A stretch of 60,292 nucleotides of DNA, the filler included. It is 5 parts of 5 records of this genome, joined end to end, with 100 filler letters (N's around TTAATTAATTAA, not from the genome) between each part and the next. Parts side by side here need not be neighbours in the genome. Positions count along the whole stretch, not along the records: positions 40,929 to 54,079 come from SRR20825019_973; positions 54,180 to 60,292 come from SRR20825019_985; 3 more parts are not named here. One strand, 5' to 3'. Numbering within the stretch: position 1 is the first letter of the stretch; each line of letters opens with the position of its first letter. The notes beneath the pieces are model-generated. The model was given only the letters and a program-made list of their open reading frames with translations, was not told where the DNA came from and made no database searches. Shown here piece after piece: positions 50,270 to 60,292 of the stretch. The translations under genes were made by a program, and so were the position numbers.

Positions 50270-52474
50270 ATGACAGAAGCCGCATTAGAAGAAGAAAAAA
50301 AAGAGCTCGCAAAGCAGTATAAGCAGTTGCTTAAAATTAGTTATCGAACACTTTCTACGGAAGACAAAAAACTAATTCGTAGCGCGTTCGATCTTGCTGT
50401 TGATGCACATAAAGAACAACGACGAAAAAGTGGCGAAGCCTACATATTTCACCCCATTGCTGTTGCAAAAATTGTAGCTTCAGAAATTGGTCTCGATGCA
50501 ACTTCCATAGCCGCCGCGCTTTTACACGATGTTGTTGAAGATACAAACTACACCTTAGAAGACATTGAAAAAATGTTCGGGTCTATGGTGTCGCGTATTG
50601 TGGACGGCCTTACAAAAATTGCACATATTTCCATGTCTGAAGATGTTTCCATGCAAGCGGAAAATTTTCGAAAAATGCTGCTTACCCTAAATGAAGACAT
50701 TCGGGTAATAATCATAAAAATTGCGGATAGGTTGCACAATATGCAAACCATGGATTCCATGCCTCCGCATAAACAACGAAAAATCGCTTCAGAAACACTT
50801 TATATTTATGCTCCCCTTGCCCACCGCATTGGACTTTACAACATAAAAACCGAACTGGAAGACTTAGGGTTAAAATTTACAGAACCTGAAGTATATGCCG
50901 AAATATTAAGTAGAATAAAGGAAAGCAAGGAAGAACAAGATGCTTATATAGAAGCTTTTAATAAGGTGATAAAAGATTCTTTGGATGAAGAAGAATTGGA
51001 ATATGAAATAAAAGGTAGACCAAAATCTATCTTTTCCATTCGAAGGAAAATGCTTGCGCAAAATGTTACTTTCGATGAAGTATACGATAAATTTGCAGTG
51101 CGAATAATTTATAAAGGGAAGCCTGAAAATGAAAAGTTCTTTGCTTGGAAAATATATTCAATCGTTACGGATCATTTTCGACCAAACCCAATTAGGCTAC
51201 GCGATTGGATTTCTTCACCAAAATCTACAGGTTATGAAGCCTTGCACATTACCGTAATGGGGCCAAAAGGGCGTTGGGTAGAAGTGCAGATTCGTAGCGA
51301 ACGAATGAATGAAATTGCTGAAAAAGGGTTTGCCGCTCACTATAAATACAAAAACAAAGAGAAAGACGATGGCGGCCTCGAAAACTGGCTCGATAAACTT
51401 CAGGATACCCTAGAAAATTCTGAAATAAGCGCGGTTGATTTTGTAGAAGAATTCAAATTAAATCTATACGCAAAAGAGATTTTTGTTTTCACACCAAAAG
51501 GAGATTTGTATTCATTGCCCAAAAGTGCTACTGCTTTAGATTTTGCCTTTCACATCCATACCGAAATTGGTATGCGAACTCGTGGAACAAAAGTAAACGG
51601 TAAGTTGGTACCGCTAAGCCATGAATTAAAAAGTGGTGATCAAGTAGAAATTATAACTTCTGAAAACGCAAAACCCACTGCAAACTGGTTAAATTACGCT
51701 ACAACAGGTCGAGCAAGATCTAAAATCAAATCTTCTTTAAAGGATGAAAAGAAAAAACTTGCAGAAGAAGGAAAAGTAGTTTTAGCCAGAAAATTAAAAT
51801 CCTTAAAGCTAAGTCTAGACGAAAACACATTAAACCAATTAGTCGTGTTTTTCAAAGTAAAAACAAGCCTTGATTTATACTACCGCGTTGGTGCAGGAAT
51901 AATTGATAATCAAAAACTAAAAGATTTCGCGGCTTCACGAAGCAATGCTTTTATAAGTTTCTTTAAAAATAGAATTCGAAAGCCTGAAAAGCCAGAAGAT
52001 GTAAATAAAGAAGAAATAACAGAAAAATTTGACCAGCTTGTTTTCGGTAAAAATGAAGAAAAATTAGATTATAAAATGGCTAATTGTTGCAATCCAATCC
52101 CTGGTGATGATGTTTTTGGGTTTGTAACCGTAAATGAAGGTATTAAAGTTCATAAAACAAATTGCCCAAACGCCTTACAGCTTCAAAGCAATTATAGTTA
52201 CCGAATTATGCCTGCAAAATGGATAGATTCCACACAACGGGAGTTTAAAGCAAACCTTACAATTAGTGGAATTGACACAATTGGATTGGTTAATGAAGTA
52301 ACACGAATAATTTCAAACAACCTTCATATAGACATGAAGAGTGTTCATTTTGATAGTGATGATGGTGTTTTCACTGGAAAAATCATTGTGATTGTAAAAA
52401 ATAAAACCATCTTAAATAATTTGGTTGAGAACATCAAAAAAATAAACGGAATTGATAAAGTAACTAGAGTGTAA
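50270..52474 (+). CDS. relA: Bifunctional (p)ppGpp synthetase/hydrolase (long RSH)
   Basis: Intact HD (LLHDVVED), ADRLHNM, EVQIRS, TGS (FTPKG..DFAF.IHT) and ACT domains. Confidence 0.95.
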   Translation: MTEAALEEEKKELAKQYKQLLKISYRTLSTEDKKLIRSAFDLAVDAHKEQRRKSGEAYIFHPIAVAKIVASEIGLDATSIAAALLHDVVEDTNYTLEDIEKMFGSMVSRIVDGLTKIAHISMSEDVSMQAENFRKMLLTLNEDIRVIIIKIADRLHNMQTMDSMPPHKQRKIASETLYIYAPLAHRIGLYNIKTELEDLGLKFTEPEVYAEILSRIKESKEEQDAYIEAFNKVIKDSLDEEELEYEIKGRPKSIFSIRRKMLAQNVTFDEVYDKFAVRIIYKGKPENEKFFAWKIYSIVTDHFRPNPIRLRDWISSPKSTGYEALHITVMGPKGRWVEVQIRSERMNEIAEKGFAAHYKYKNKEKDDGGLENWLDKLQDTLENSEISAVDFVEEFKLNLYAKEIFVFTPKGDLYSLPKSATALDFAFHIHTEIGMRTRGTKVNGKLVPLSHELKSGDQVEIITSENAKPTANWLNYATTGRARSKIKSSLKDEKKKLAEEGKVVLARKLKSLKLSLDENTLNQLVVFFKVKTSLDLYYRVGAGIIDNQKLKDFAASRSNAFISFFKNRIRKPEKPEDVNKEEITEKFDQLVFGKNEEKLDYKMANCCNPIPGDDVFGFVTVNEGIKVHKTNCPNALQLQSNYSYRIMPAKWIDSTQREFKANLTISGIDTIGLVNEVTRIISNNLHIDMKSVHFDSDDGVFTGKIIVIVKNKTILNNLVENIKKINGIDKVTRV

Positions 52475-52501
52475 ATTTTAAGTAACTTTGCAAACTTAAT
52501 T

Positions 52502-52975
52502 ATGAGTTCAAAAACAGATATAAATAACCAAGCAATTGTAAAGAATGTTTTTACAGGTTTTCTTGAAGAAAAAGGACACCGTAAAACGCCGGAACGCTAT
52601 GCGATTCTTCAAGAAATTTATGACCACGACGACCATTTTGATATAGAATCGTTGTACATAAATATGAAGAATAAAAATTATCGCGTAAGTCGTGCCACAC
52701 TTTACAATACCATTGAATTGCTTTTGGAATGTGGGTTGGTGCGCAAACACCAGTTTGGGCAAAACCAATCGCATTACGAAAAATCATATTTTGATCGCAA
52801 CCACGATCACGTAATTCTTTCAAACGGAGAAGTGATTGAATTCTGCGATCCAAGAATACAAAGCATTAAAAAAACCATAGAAGAGGTTTTTGATATTGAA
52901 ATAACCAACCATTCACTTTATTTCTACGGAAATAAAAAATCTACCGCTACTATTGAAGCGGACAATTCTAAATAA
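52502..52975 (+). CDS. fur: Fur family transcriptional regulator
   Basis: [27 protein letters not shown]. Confidence 0.88.
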   Translation: MSSKTDINNQAIVKNVFTGFLEEKGHRKTPERYAILQEIYDHDDHFDIESLYINMKNKNYRVSRATLYNTIELLLECGLVRKHQFGQNQSHYEKSYFDRNHDHVILSNGEVIEFCDPRIQSIKKTIEEVFDIEITNHSLYFYGNKKSTATIEADNSK

Positions 52976-52978
52976 ATT

Positions 52979-54079
52979 ATGGCAGTAGACTTACTACTTG
53001 GACTACAATGGGGCGACGAAGGCAAAGGTAAAATTGTTGATGTGCTCACAAAAAACTATAATATAATTGCACGTTTTCAAGGTGGGCCAAACGCTGGTCA
53101 TACGTTGGAATTTGACGGAATAAAGCATGTTTTGCGCACAATTCCTTCAGGGATATTCCACAAAGATTCCGTAAATGTAATCGGAAACGGTGTTGTAATT
53201 GACCCTGTGGTTTTTGTAAAAGAATTAGAAGCTTTAGATAAATACAATATCGATTATAAAAAGAATCTAATTCTTTCTAGAAAAGCACACGTAATTTTAC
53301 CAACACATCGTTTACTTGATGCAGCTTCAGAAGCATCAAAAGGGAAAGCTAAAATTGGCTCAACTTTAAAAGGAATTGGACCAACGTACATGGATAAAAC
53401 CGGTAGAAACGGAATACGTGTTGGTGATTTGGAGCTAGAAAACTGGCAGGAAAAATACAGAGCTTTGGCAGATAAGCATGAAGCAATGATAGATTTCTAT
53501 AATGTAGATGTTCAGTATGATTTAGCAGACCTTGAAGCTGAATTTTTCGCTGCTGTTGAAACACTTAAAACGCTAACTTTTATAGATAGTGAAGAATATT
53601 TACACCAAGCTCAAAAAGAAGGAAAAACCATTTTGGCGGAAGGCGCACAAGGCTCTTTACTTGATATTGATTTTGGAACCTACCCTTTTGTAACCTCTTC
53701 AAACACAACAGCAGCAGGTGCTTGTACAGGTTTGGGTGTACCTCCAAACAAGGTAAAGGATGTTTTCGGAATTTTTAAAGCATACACTACCCGAGTGGGT
53801 AGCGGCCCCTTCCCTACTGAACTTTTTGATGAAGTAGGAGAAAAAATGGCAAAAATTGGTAATGAATTTGGCGCAGTAACTGGTCGTGCAAGACGTTGCG
53901 GTTGGTTAGATTTAGTTGCTTTACGTTATGCCGTTCAAGTAAATGGAGTAACACAATTAATAATGATGAAAGCCGATGTTTTAAGTGGCTTTGAAACATT
54001 AAAAATTTGTACCGCATACAATTATAAAGGAGAAACTATTCACCATTTGCCTTATAATATTGAAGCTGAAAATGTAACA
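52979..54079 (+). CDS. purA: Adenylosuccinate synthetase (3' truncated)
   Basis: QWGDEGKGK, GGPNAGHT, EGAQG.LLDIDFGTYPFVTSS, TGRARRCGW. Confidence 0.98.
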
Positions 54080-54179
54080 NNNNNNNNNNNNNNNNNNNNN
54101 NNNNNNNNNNNNNNNNNNNNNNNTTAATTAATTAANNNNNNNNNNNNNNNNNNNNNNNNNNNNNNNNNNNNNNNNNNNN
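54080..54179. other. Artificial contig linker
   Basis: N run with TTAATTAATTAA. Confidence 0.98.
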
Positions 54180-54273
54180 GACCCTATGAAGCCTTAGCAA
54201 CCCTTTCACTTAGAAAGAAGGTGCTACATTCTACAGTACAGCCAATCATTTCTGGTTTGTACAGATAGATAAC
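54180..54273 (+). ncRNA. SAM-I (S-box) riboswitch, 5' part cut by contig edge
   Basis: GACCCTATGAAGCCTTAGCAACC..AAGGTGCT..TTCT..AGATAGATAAC follows the SAM-I consensus; upstream of metY; followed by hairpin ATCCC-TTTCT-GGGAT and T run (about 54274-54316). Confidence 0.88.
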
Positions 54274-54393
54274 CCACAACCAATCCCTTTCTGGGATGTG
54301 GCTATTTTTTCTTTTTAACATTTTTCTATCAAGGCGCTCTCGAGAGCTTTTTGGCTTTGGGTTCAATTTATTTTTAACTCAAAAATTAGAAAA

Positions 54394-55710
54394 ATGAGTA
54401 CACAATCTTTAGCAACCAAAGCGTTGCACGCAGGTCACGACACAACAACAAACGGAAACACTCGTGCGGTTCCTATTTATCAATCTTCAAGTTATGTTTT
54501 TAAAGATGCAGACCACGCTGCAAATTTGTTTAACTTATCTGAAGAAGGCTTTATTTATACACGTATAAATAACCCGACAAATGACATTCTTGAAAAACGA
54601 CTAGCAGATATTGAAGGTGGTATTGCTGCAGTCTCCACAGCATCTGGTACAGCAGCAATTAATACAACATTGCTTACACTTTTAAAAGCTGGAGATCATA
54701 TTGTAGCTTCAAATTCGTTATACGGTGGCACTTACAATTTACTTAAAGTCACCTTGCCAAGATTTGGTATCACTACGACTTTTGTAGATCCCCAAAATCC
54801 TGAGAATTTTAAGAAAGCTTCCAAGGAAAACACACGAGCTTATTTTATTGAATCTTTAGGAAATCCAAAACTAGATGTTTTAGATATTGAAGCAATTTCT
54901 ATTGAAGCAAAAGCTTATAAAGTACCACTAATTGTAGATAACACTGTGTCAACTCCAGCATTATTAAACCCTATAGATTATGGAGCTAACATTGTTATTC
55001 ACTCGCTTACAAAATACATAAACGGAAATGGTACTGCATTAGGAGGCGTTATTATAGATGCCGGAACTTTTGACTGGTCTAGTGGGAAGTTTCCAGAGTT
55101 TACAGAGCCATCACCAGGTTATCACGGTTTGGTGTATCACGATGCATTACAAGAAGCAGCATTTATAGCAAAAGTAAGGATAGAAGGTTTGCGTGATCAC
55201 GGTGCAGCATTAAGTCCATTTAACGCTTTTCAAATTTTACAAGGATTAGAAACTTTAGAGATAAGGCTTGAAAAGCATAGCAAAAATGCACTAAATCTTG
55301 CAACTTGGCTTCAAGAACAGGAAGAGGTAACTTGGGTTAACTATCCAGGACTTAAGTCTAGCAAATACAATTCGTTAGCAAAAAAATATTTGCCAGATGG
55401 CCAAAGTGGTGTTGTAACTTTTGGAGTAAAAGGTGGTTATAACAGTGCTAAAATTATAGCAAATGAAACTGAAATATTTTCATTGTTAGCTAATATTGGC
55501 GACTCTAAATCTTTAATAATACATCCTGCAAGTACTACTCATCAACAGCTTACAGATGAAGAGCAAGAATCTACTGGAGTTACAAAAGATCTAATAAGAT
55601 TAAGTGTAGGTTTAGAGGATTTAGATGATTTGAAATCTGATTTAATTCAAGCTTTTCAAAAATTAGACACCAAGGTTTCTGCTGAAGCATTTAGTCTAAA
55701 TGGACATTAA
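54394..55710 (+). CDS. metY: O-acetylhomoserine aminocarboxypropyltransferase/sulfhydrylase
   Basis: AVPIYQ, YTRINNPT, HSLTKYI, ANIGD.KSLIIHPASTTHQQL, IRLSVGLE. Confidence 0.95.
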   Translation: MSTQSLATKALHAGHDTTTNGNTRAVPIYQSSSYVFKDADHAANLFNLSEEGFIYTRINNPTNDILEKRLADIEGGIAAVSTASGTAAINTTLLTLLKAGDHIVASNSLYGGTYNLLKVTLPRFGITTTFVDPQNPENFKKASKENTRAYFIESLGNPKLDVLDIEAISIEAKAYKVPLIVDNTVSTPALLNPIDYGANIVIHSLTKYINGNGTALGGVIIDAGTFDWSSGKFPEFTEPSPGYHGLVYHDALQEAAFIAKVRIEGLRDHGAALSPFNAFQILQGLETLEIRLEKHSKNALNLATWLQEQEEVTWVNYPGLKSSKYNSLAKKYLPDGQSGVVTFGVKGGYNSAKIIANETEIFSLLANIGDSKSLIIHPASTTHQQLTDEEQESTGVTKDLIRLSVGLEDLDDLKSDLIQAFQKLDTKVSAEAFSLNGH

Positions 55711-55755
55711 GACTAATAATACCATTTAATTTAAAATTCTTTAAAGCTATAAATT

Positions 55756-55783
55756 CCTCAACCATCATTTGTGGTGGTTGAGG
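55756..55783 (+). terminator. Intergenic stem-loop between metY and metX
   Basis: CCTCAACCATCA-TTTG-TGGTGGTTGAGG; no clean U-tract. Confidence 0.45.
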
Positions 55784-55813
55784 TTGCTTTACAATTTTTG
55801 AAACTCTAGGAAA

Positions 55814-56821
55814 ATGATATCAGAATTTATAATAGAAGATTTTAAGCTTACTTCTGGGTCAAAAGCTTTAGTGAAAACCACCTATCAACAATTTGGTAAA
55901 GCTTTAGGAACAGCACCTATTGTATTAATTAATCATGCATTAACAGGCAACTCAAATGTAACAGGAGCACAAGGTTGGTGGTCTGCAATAGTGGGTGATT
56001 ACAAAGTTATAGACACACAAAGGTTTACCATTTTAAGTATAGATGTTCCAGGTAATGGCTTTAATGTAAACAGTGATTATGCTATAAAAAACTATAAGGA
56101 TTGGCAACTTGTAGATGTTGCTAAAATACAAGTTAGGATTTTAGAGCATTTGGGTGTTAATGAGTTGTTTGCAGTGGTTGGTGGTTCTTTAGGAGGCCAA
56201 CTGGTTTGGGAGCTAGCAGCTTTAAAAGCAATAAAAATTGCACATATAATACCTATAGCAACAGATTGGAAAGCCACAGATTGGTTGCTTGCAAATTGTA
56301 AGATACAAGACAGTATTCTTAATAACTCAACCAATCCAATTTATGATGCTCGGTTGCATGCTATGACACTTTATAGAACACCAAGATCGTTAAAACAAAA
56401 GTTTGAAAGAGAAAGAGATAAAGATTCAATTTTTAAAGTAGAGAATTGGCTCTCGTATCATGGAAACCAATTGCAAAACCGATTTCAACTAGCCAGTTAC
56501 AAATTAATGAATCACCTGTTAACTACCGCTAATGTGCTTAGAAATTACACTTCTATTAAAGATTTAGCGCAAGTTATTTCAGCAGATATTCATCTTGTAA
56601 GTGTAGATTCTGATTTGTTTTTCTTGGCAGAAGACATTTGGGAAACCTATATAGATCTCTGTACAGAGAAGGATAATGTGTTTATTTCTGAAATAAAGAG
56701 CATTCACGGTCACGATGCATTTTTAATTGAAACAGCACAACTTCAAAACATATTAAAACCAATTTTTGAAACTAAAACTCATGAACACAACCATAAACAT
56801 CATATTGTTTGGAATAGGTAA
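55814..56821 (+). CDS. metX: Homoserine O-acetyltransferase (alpha/beta hydrolase)
   Basis: HALTGNS, GWW, GGSLGG nucleophile, DSD, HGHDAFL. Confidence 0.88.
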   Translation: MISEFIIEDFKLTSGSKALVKTTYQQFGKALGTAPIVLINHALTGNSNVTGAQGWWSAIVGDYKVIDTQRFTILSIDVPGNGFNVNSDYAIKNYKDWQLVDVAKIQVRILEHLGVNELFAVVGGSLGGQLVWELAALKAIKIAHIIPIATDWKATDWLLANCKIQDSILNNSTNPIYDARLHAMTLYRTPRSLKQKFERERDKDSIFKVENWLSYHGNQLQNRFQLASYKLMNHLLTTANVLRNYTSIKDLAQVISADIHLVSVDSDLFFLAEDIWETYIDLCTEKDNVFISEIKSIHGHDAFLIETAQLQNILKPIFETKTHEHNHKHHIVWNR

Positions 56822-57878
56822 TGTTGGTAGCACTTTAATTAAGCAAGTTCTAGCTACAAACGCTACTATATCTTTAAAGCAAGGATTAAATTTAGAGATT
56901 CCAATTATAGCAAACTCTACCACAGCTTTTTTTAAAACAAATGGCATTAAAAACAATTGGCAAACCGATTTTGAGATTTTTGGTTTTCCTTATAAAATAA
57001 ATGATATTATACGCTATATCCAAAAAGAGGAGCTTGGTAATATTATAATTGTAGATGCTACAGCAAGCAGAAAATTTGTAAAACATTACAAAGCATTTTT
57101 TCAACAAGGCTACCATATTGTAACAGCAAATAAAATTGCTAATACATTATCATTAGACTATTACAATTCTCTTAGGACAACTATCTTAAATAATTGGACA
57201 CATTTTAATTATGAAACTAATGTTGGTGCAGGTTTGCCTATAATCGAAACCTTAAGAAGGCTTTCAGATAGTGGCGAGCAAATCCTTAAAATAAGAGGTG
57301 TGTTTTCTGGATCGTTAAGTTATATATTCAATACATTTTCAGAGAAGCAACTGTTGTTTTCTGAGGTGCTGCAAAGCGCACAGCAAAAAGGTTTTACAGA
57401 ACCAGACATTAGGGAAGATCTTTCTGGAAAAGATGTAGCCAGAAAATTACTAATCTTAGCTAGGGAAATAGGACTACAAAAGGAACTTTCAGACATAGGT
57501 GTTGAGTCTCTGTTACCTTCTTCATTAGAAGAAATTCACTATTTGGATGACTTCAATTTAAAGTTGAATGAATTAGATAGTTATTATTCAGATTTAAAAG
57601 TAAAAAAATTAGCAAACCATGTCTTTAGATATATTGGAGAGTTAGATGTTTTAAATGGCACCTTGCAAACCAAACTTGTATTAGAACCAAAAACAAGTGC
57701 AATTGGGCAACTAAGAGGAGCAGATGCAGCCATCGAAATTTTTTCTGAATCTTATAAAGAACAACCATTAGTTATACAAGGTGCTGGCGCTGGAAGTGCC
57801 GTTACAGCTAGAGGCATCTTAACAGATATATTAAAAATAGCTAAGCAGCTTAACACTTTTAAATTGGTTGAAGCTTAG
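56781..57878 (+). CDS. Homoserine dehydrogenase (stand-alone ThrA/MetL-like domain)
   Basis: FGIGNVG, VTANK, YETNVGAGLP, GFTEPD.REDLSG.DVARKL, GAGAG..VTA. Confidence 0.9.
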   Translation: MNTTINIILFGIGNVGSTLIKQVLATNATISLKQGLNLEIPIIANSTTAFFKTNGIKNNWQTDFEIFGFPYKINDIIRYIQKEELGNIIIVDATASRKFVKHYKAFFQQGYHIVTANKIANTLSLDYYNSLRTTILNNWTHFNYETNVGAGLPIIETLRRLSDSGEQILKIRGVFSGSLSYIFNTFSEKQLLFSEVLQSAQQKGFTEPDIREDLSGKDVARKLLILAREIGLQKELSDIGVESLLPSSLEEIHYLDDFNLKLNELDSYYSDLKVKKLANHVFRYIGELDVLNGTLQTKLVLEPKTSAIGQLRGADAAIEIFSESYKEQPLVIQGAGAGSAVTARGILTDILKIAKQLNTFKLVEA

Positions 57879-57903
57879 TGTAAGAATTGTGTACTTTTGT
57901 AAT

Positions 57904-58314
57904 ATGCTTTCTAAGAAAACTAAATATGGGATAAAGGCGCTAACACACTTGGCAAAACAAGAAAATCAGGCGCCAGTTCAAATCGCTACTATTTCTGAAG
58001 CAGAAAATATTTCTCAGAAATTTTTAGAAAGTATATTACTTACCTTAAAGAAAAATGGCATCCTAAGCTCAAAAAAAGGAAAAGGTGGCGGTTATTATTT
58101 ACTTAAAGAAGCCAAAGATATATCTATGGTGAATGTAATGAGAGTGTTAGAAGGTCCAATAGCAATGGTGCCTTGTGTAAGCTTAAATTACTATGAAAAA
58201 TGTGATGATTGCCCAGATGAACACGCGTGTTCTGTACATAAACTCATGATTGAAGTTAGAGATAGTACTCTAGATATCTTCAACAATAAATCTTTAGCAG
58301 ACCTAATAGTTTAA
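57904..58314 (+). CDS. Rrf2 family transcriptional regulator
   Basis: MLSKKTKYGIKAL, KFLE.IL..L, SKKGKGGGY.L, PCVS..Y..C.DC....C. Confidence 0.93.
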   Translation: MLSKKTKYGIKALTHLAKQENQAPVQIATISEAENISQKFLESILLTLKKNGILSSKKGKGGGYYLLKEAKDISMVNVMRVLEGPIAMVPCVSLNYYEKCDDCPDEHACSVHKLMIEVRDSTLDIFNNKSLADLIV

Positions 58315-58350
58315 AGAGAGTCATTTGTTTTCTGTTCTACATAAAAATAC

Positions 58351-58386
58351 TAAGTTTGCATAATACTCTACTAATCCTATAGGGTA
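58351..58386 (+). promoter_or_regulatory. Bacteroidota -7 box (TAAGTTTG) plus palindromic candidate Rrf2 operator TACTCTA-N9-TAGGGTA
   Basis: TAnnTTTG at 58351-58358; arms 58364-58370 / 58380-58386 (6 of 7 complementary). Confidence 0.6.
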
Positions 58387-58405
58387 ATAGTAAAAATAGA
58401 TTAAA

Positions 58406-58681
58406 ATGAGTCAAACTGTAGACTATACAACAGGAGAAGCAGATGTTTATGAAGTAGAAAACGCTTCTAGCTTACCAAAGGAAAATATAAAACGAAGTAT
58501 TTTAAAAACATTTAGTTGGCGTGCTCTAGGAACTATAACTACGGTTGTGGTTTCCTATATAATTACAGGAACATTAGCTCTTGCATTTTCAATAGGAGGC
58601 ATAGAGTTAATCTCTAAACTGGTGTTGTATTTTTTTCATGAACGCGCGTGGAATCAAATAAAATGGGGAAAAAATGAATAA
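58406..58681 (+). CDS. DUF2061 family small membrane protein
   Basis: RSILKTFSWR..T..T..S..ITG..A.SIG..E..K.VLYFFHERAW. Confidence 0.88.
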   Translation: MSQTVDYTTGEADVYEVENASSLPKENIKRSILKTFSWRALGTITTVVVSYIITGTLALAFSIGGIELISKLVLYFFHERAWNQIKWGKNE

Positions 58682-59288
58682 GACTATTGAAGAAATAAAT
58701 GAGTTTTTAATAGGGAAAACTACAGAAGAAATTATTTCTTACGTTATAGGTAACTCAAGAAACCCAATAATTACAACCAATTTTAGACCATATGAGGTTG
58801 CTATATTACATGCTGTAACAACTGTAAAGCCAGATATTAATGTTATATGGTGTGATACGGGTTATAATACTCCAGACACATATAGGCACGCAGATTATTT
58901 AATAAATAGGTTAAACCTAAATATCAAGCTTTATGTTCCTAAACAAACAGTTGGCTATAGAAATATAGTTATGGGAATTCCAGATATTTCAGACCCTAAT
59001 CATAAGCTTTTTACGCAGCAAGTTAAGCTAGAGCCTTTTGCAAGAGCAATGCAAGAACACCAGCCAGATGTTTGGTTTACCAACTTACGAAAAGGTCAAA
59101 CAGCATTTAGAGACAGTATAGATATGGTGTCTCAAGATGCAAATGGTATTGTAAAAGTGAGTCCATTTTATAATTCTTCTGATGAAGATTTAGACACTTA
59201 TTTAAATCTTCACAATCTACCCAATGAACACATTTATTACGATCCTACAAAGGTTTTGGAAAATAGAGAATGTGGTCTTCATAAATAA
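58674..59288 (+). CDS. cysH: (P)APS reductase
   Basis: WCDTGY, VKLEPF, C-terminal ECGLH. Confidence 0.9.
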   Translation: MNKTIEEINEFLIGKTTEEIISYVIGNSRNPIITTNFRPYEVAILHAVTTVKPDINVIWCDTGYNTPDTYRHADYLINRLNLNIKLYVPKQTVGYRNIVMGIPDISDPNHKLFTQQVKLEPFARAMQEHQPDVWFTNLRKGQTAFRDSIDMVSQDANGIVKVSPFYNSSDEDLDTYLNLHNLPNEHIYYDPTKVLENRECGLHK

Positions 59289-59297
59289 TTTTAAGAG

Positions 59298-60203
59298 ATG
59301 ATAAAAGATACATCGCAAATAAACCCTTTAGAAAACGAAGCCATTTATATTTTTAGAGAAGTGGTTGCGCAGTTTGAAAAACCTGTACTGTTGTTTTCTG
59401 GAGGTAAAGACAGTATTACTTTAGTAAGATTAGCTCAAAAAGCATTTTATCCTGGGAAAATTCCATTTCCATTAATGCATATAGATACGGGTCATAACTT
59501 CCCAGAGACCATAACATTTAGAGACAATCTTGTTAAGGAACTAGGTGTCGAATTAATAGTAAGGCATGTTCAAGATGATATAGACGCAGGAAAAGTAAAA
59601 GAAGAACAAGGCCGTTATGCTAGTAGAAACAGCTTGCAAACCAATACTCTTTTAGAAGCTATTGAAGACTATAAATTTGATGCGTGTATCGGTGGCGCAA
59701 GGCGAGATGAAGAAAAAGCAAGAGCTAAAGAACGTATATTTTCTGTTAGAGATGATTTTGGACAATGGGATGAAAAAAATCAAAGACCTGAAGTGTTTGA
59801 TATGCTTAATGGACAGATAGACCTTGGTCAAAATGTACGTGTATTTCCTATTTCAAATTGGACAGAGTTAGATGTGTGGAACTACATAGCTAAAGAACAA
59901 ATAGACATTCCTACTATTTACTTTGCACATATGCGAGAAACATTTGTTAGAGACGGCCTTATTTGGTCTGTTGATGATGATGTTGTTTTTCGAGATAAAG
60001 ATGAAACAGTAGAGAAACGTATGGTTCGCTTTAGAACTGTAGGCGATATGAGCTGTACGGCAGCAGTAGCTTCTGAGGCTACAACTATAACGTCTGTTAT
60101 CGAAGAGATAAAAGCGTCAACAATTTCAGAACGTGGCGCTAGAATAGATGATAAACGTTCTGAAGCTGCAATGGAAAAACGCAAGCAGCAAGGTTACTTC
60201 TAA
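59298..60203 (+). CDS. cysD: Sulfate adenylyltransferase subunit 2
   Basis: FSGGKDS, GGARRDEEKARAKER, RVFPISNWTE, RFRTVG, ME.RK.QGYF. Confidence 0.97.
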   Translation: MIKDTSQINPLENEAIYIFREVVAQFEKPVLLFSGGKDSITLVRLAQKAFYPGKIPFPLMHIDTGHNFPETITFRDNLVKELGVELIVRHVQDDIDAGKVKEEQGRYASRNSLQTNTLLEAIEDYKFDACIGGARRDEEKARAKERIFSVRDDFGQWDEKNQRPEVFDMLNGQIDLGQNVRVFPISNWTELDVWNYIAKEQIDIPTIYFAHMRETFVRDGLIWSVDDDVVFRDKDETVEKRMVRFRTVGDMSCTAAVASEATTITSVIEEIKASTISERGARIDDKRSEAAMEKRKQQGYF

Positions 60204-60253
60204 AAAAAATCAAATCAACTTTAAAAAACTCATTAGTAATGAGCCAATATACT

Positions 60254-60292
60254 ATGGATGTATTAAAAATAGCAACAGCAGGAAGTGTAGAT
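60254..60292 (+). CDS. cysN: Sulfate adenylyltransferase subunit 1, N-terminus only
   Basis: MDVLKIATAGSVD (start of the GTPase P-loop), directly after cysD. Confidence 0.85.
   Translation, partial: MDVLKIATAGSVD

Noticed and set aside
56766-56821. Frameshifted metX-hom fusion or programmed frameshift
   Set aside because: Both proteins appear complete, and hom has its own ATG at 56781; a simple overlap explains it.
1-60292. CRISPR arrays, tRNA/rRNA genes, transposases, prophage or defence systems
   Set aside because: No regularly spaced repeats, RNA-gene signatures or such protein motifs were seen by eye.

Overview
The window is not one locus. It is five unrelated contigs joined by 100-nt artificial linkers (N44-TTAATTAATTAA-N44 at 18006-18105, 33186-33285, 40829-40928 and 54080-54179). 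(1) 1-18005 is a compact eukaryotic (protist-like) contig with uniform 49-59 nt GT-AG introns. It encodes a bacterial-DUF2262-like protein, focadhesin/RST1, PHAF1, NMD3, mitoribosomal mS38, an atypical MAPK and an orphan, and has extreme GC islands upstream of gene starts. (2) 18106-33185 is a Rhizobiaceae-like alphaproteobacterium: TRAP transporter plus GH4 hydrolase, GST, Omp25/RopB, uvrC-pgsA-moaDE, ndk, two DJ-1/PfpI proteins, DinB and ABC-F. (3) 33286-40828 is Flavobacteriaceae-like: DoxD(A)-DsrE converging on cysE-cysM-sseA. (4) 40929-54079 is Flavobacteriaceae-like: a lipoprotein/7TM protein/sensor-less histidine kinase cassette, patatin, M1 peptidase, recG, two T9SS cargo proteins, rel, fur and purA. 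(5) 54180-60292 is Flavobacteriaceae-like: SAM-I riboswitch-metY-metX-hom, then Rrf2-DUF2061-cysH-cysD-cysN. Best leads: the lipoprotein/7TM/HK cassette (candidate ligand-receptor signalling system), the intron-containing DUF2262-like gene (candidate bacteria-to-eukaryote transfer), the GC-island promoter architecture, and a CTCTA-N9-TAGRG palindrome found upstream of cys operons on two separate contigs. All family calls come from motif recognition by eye; no searches were run.
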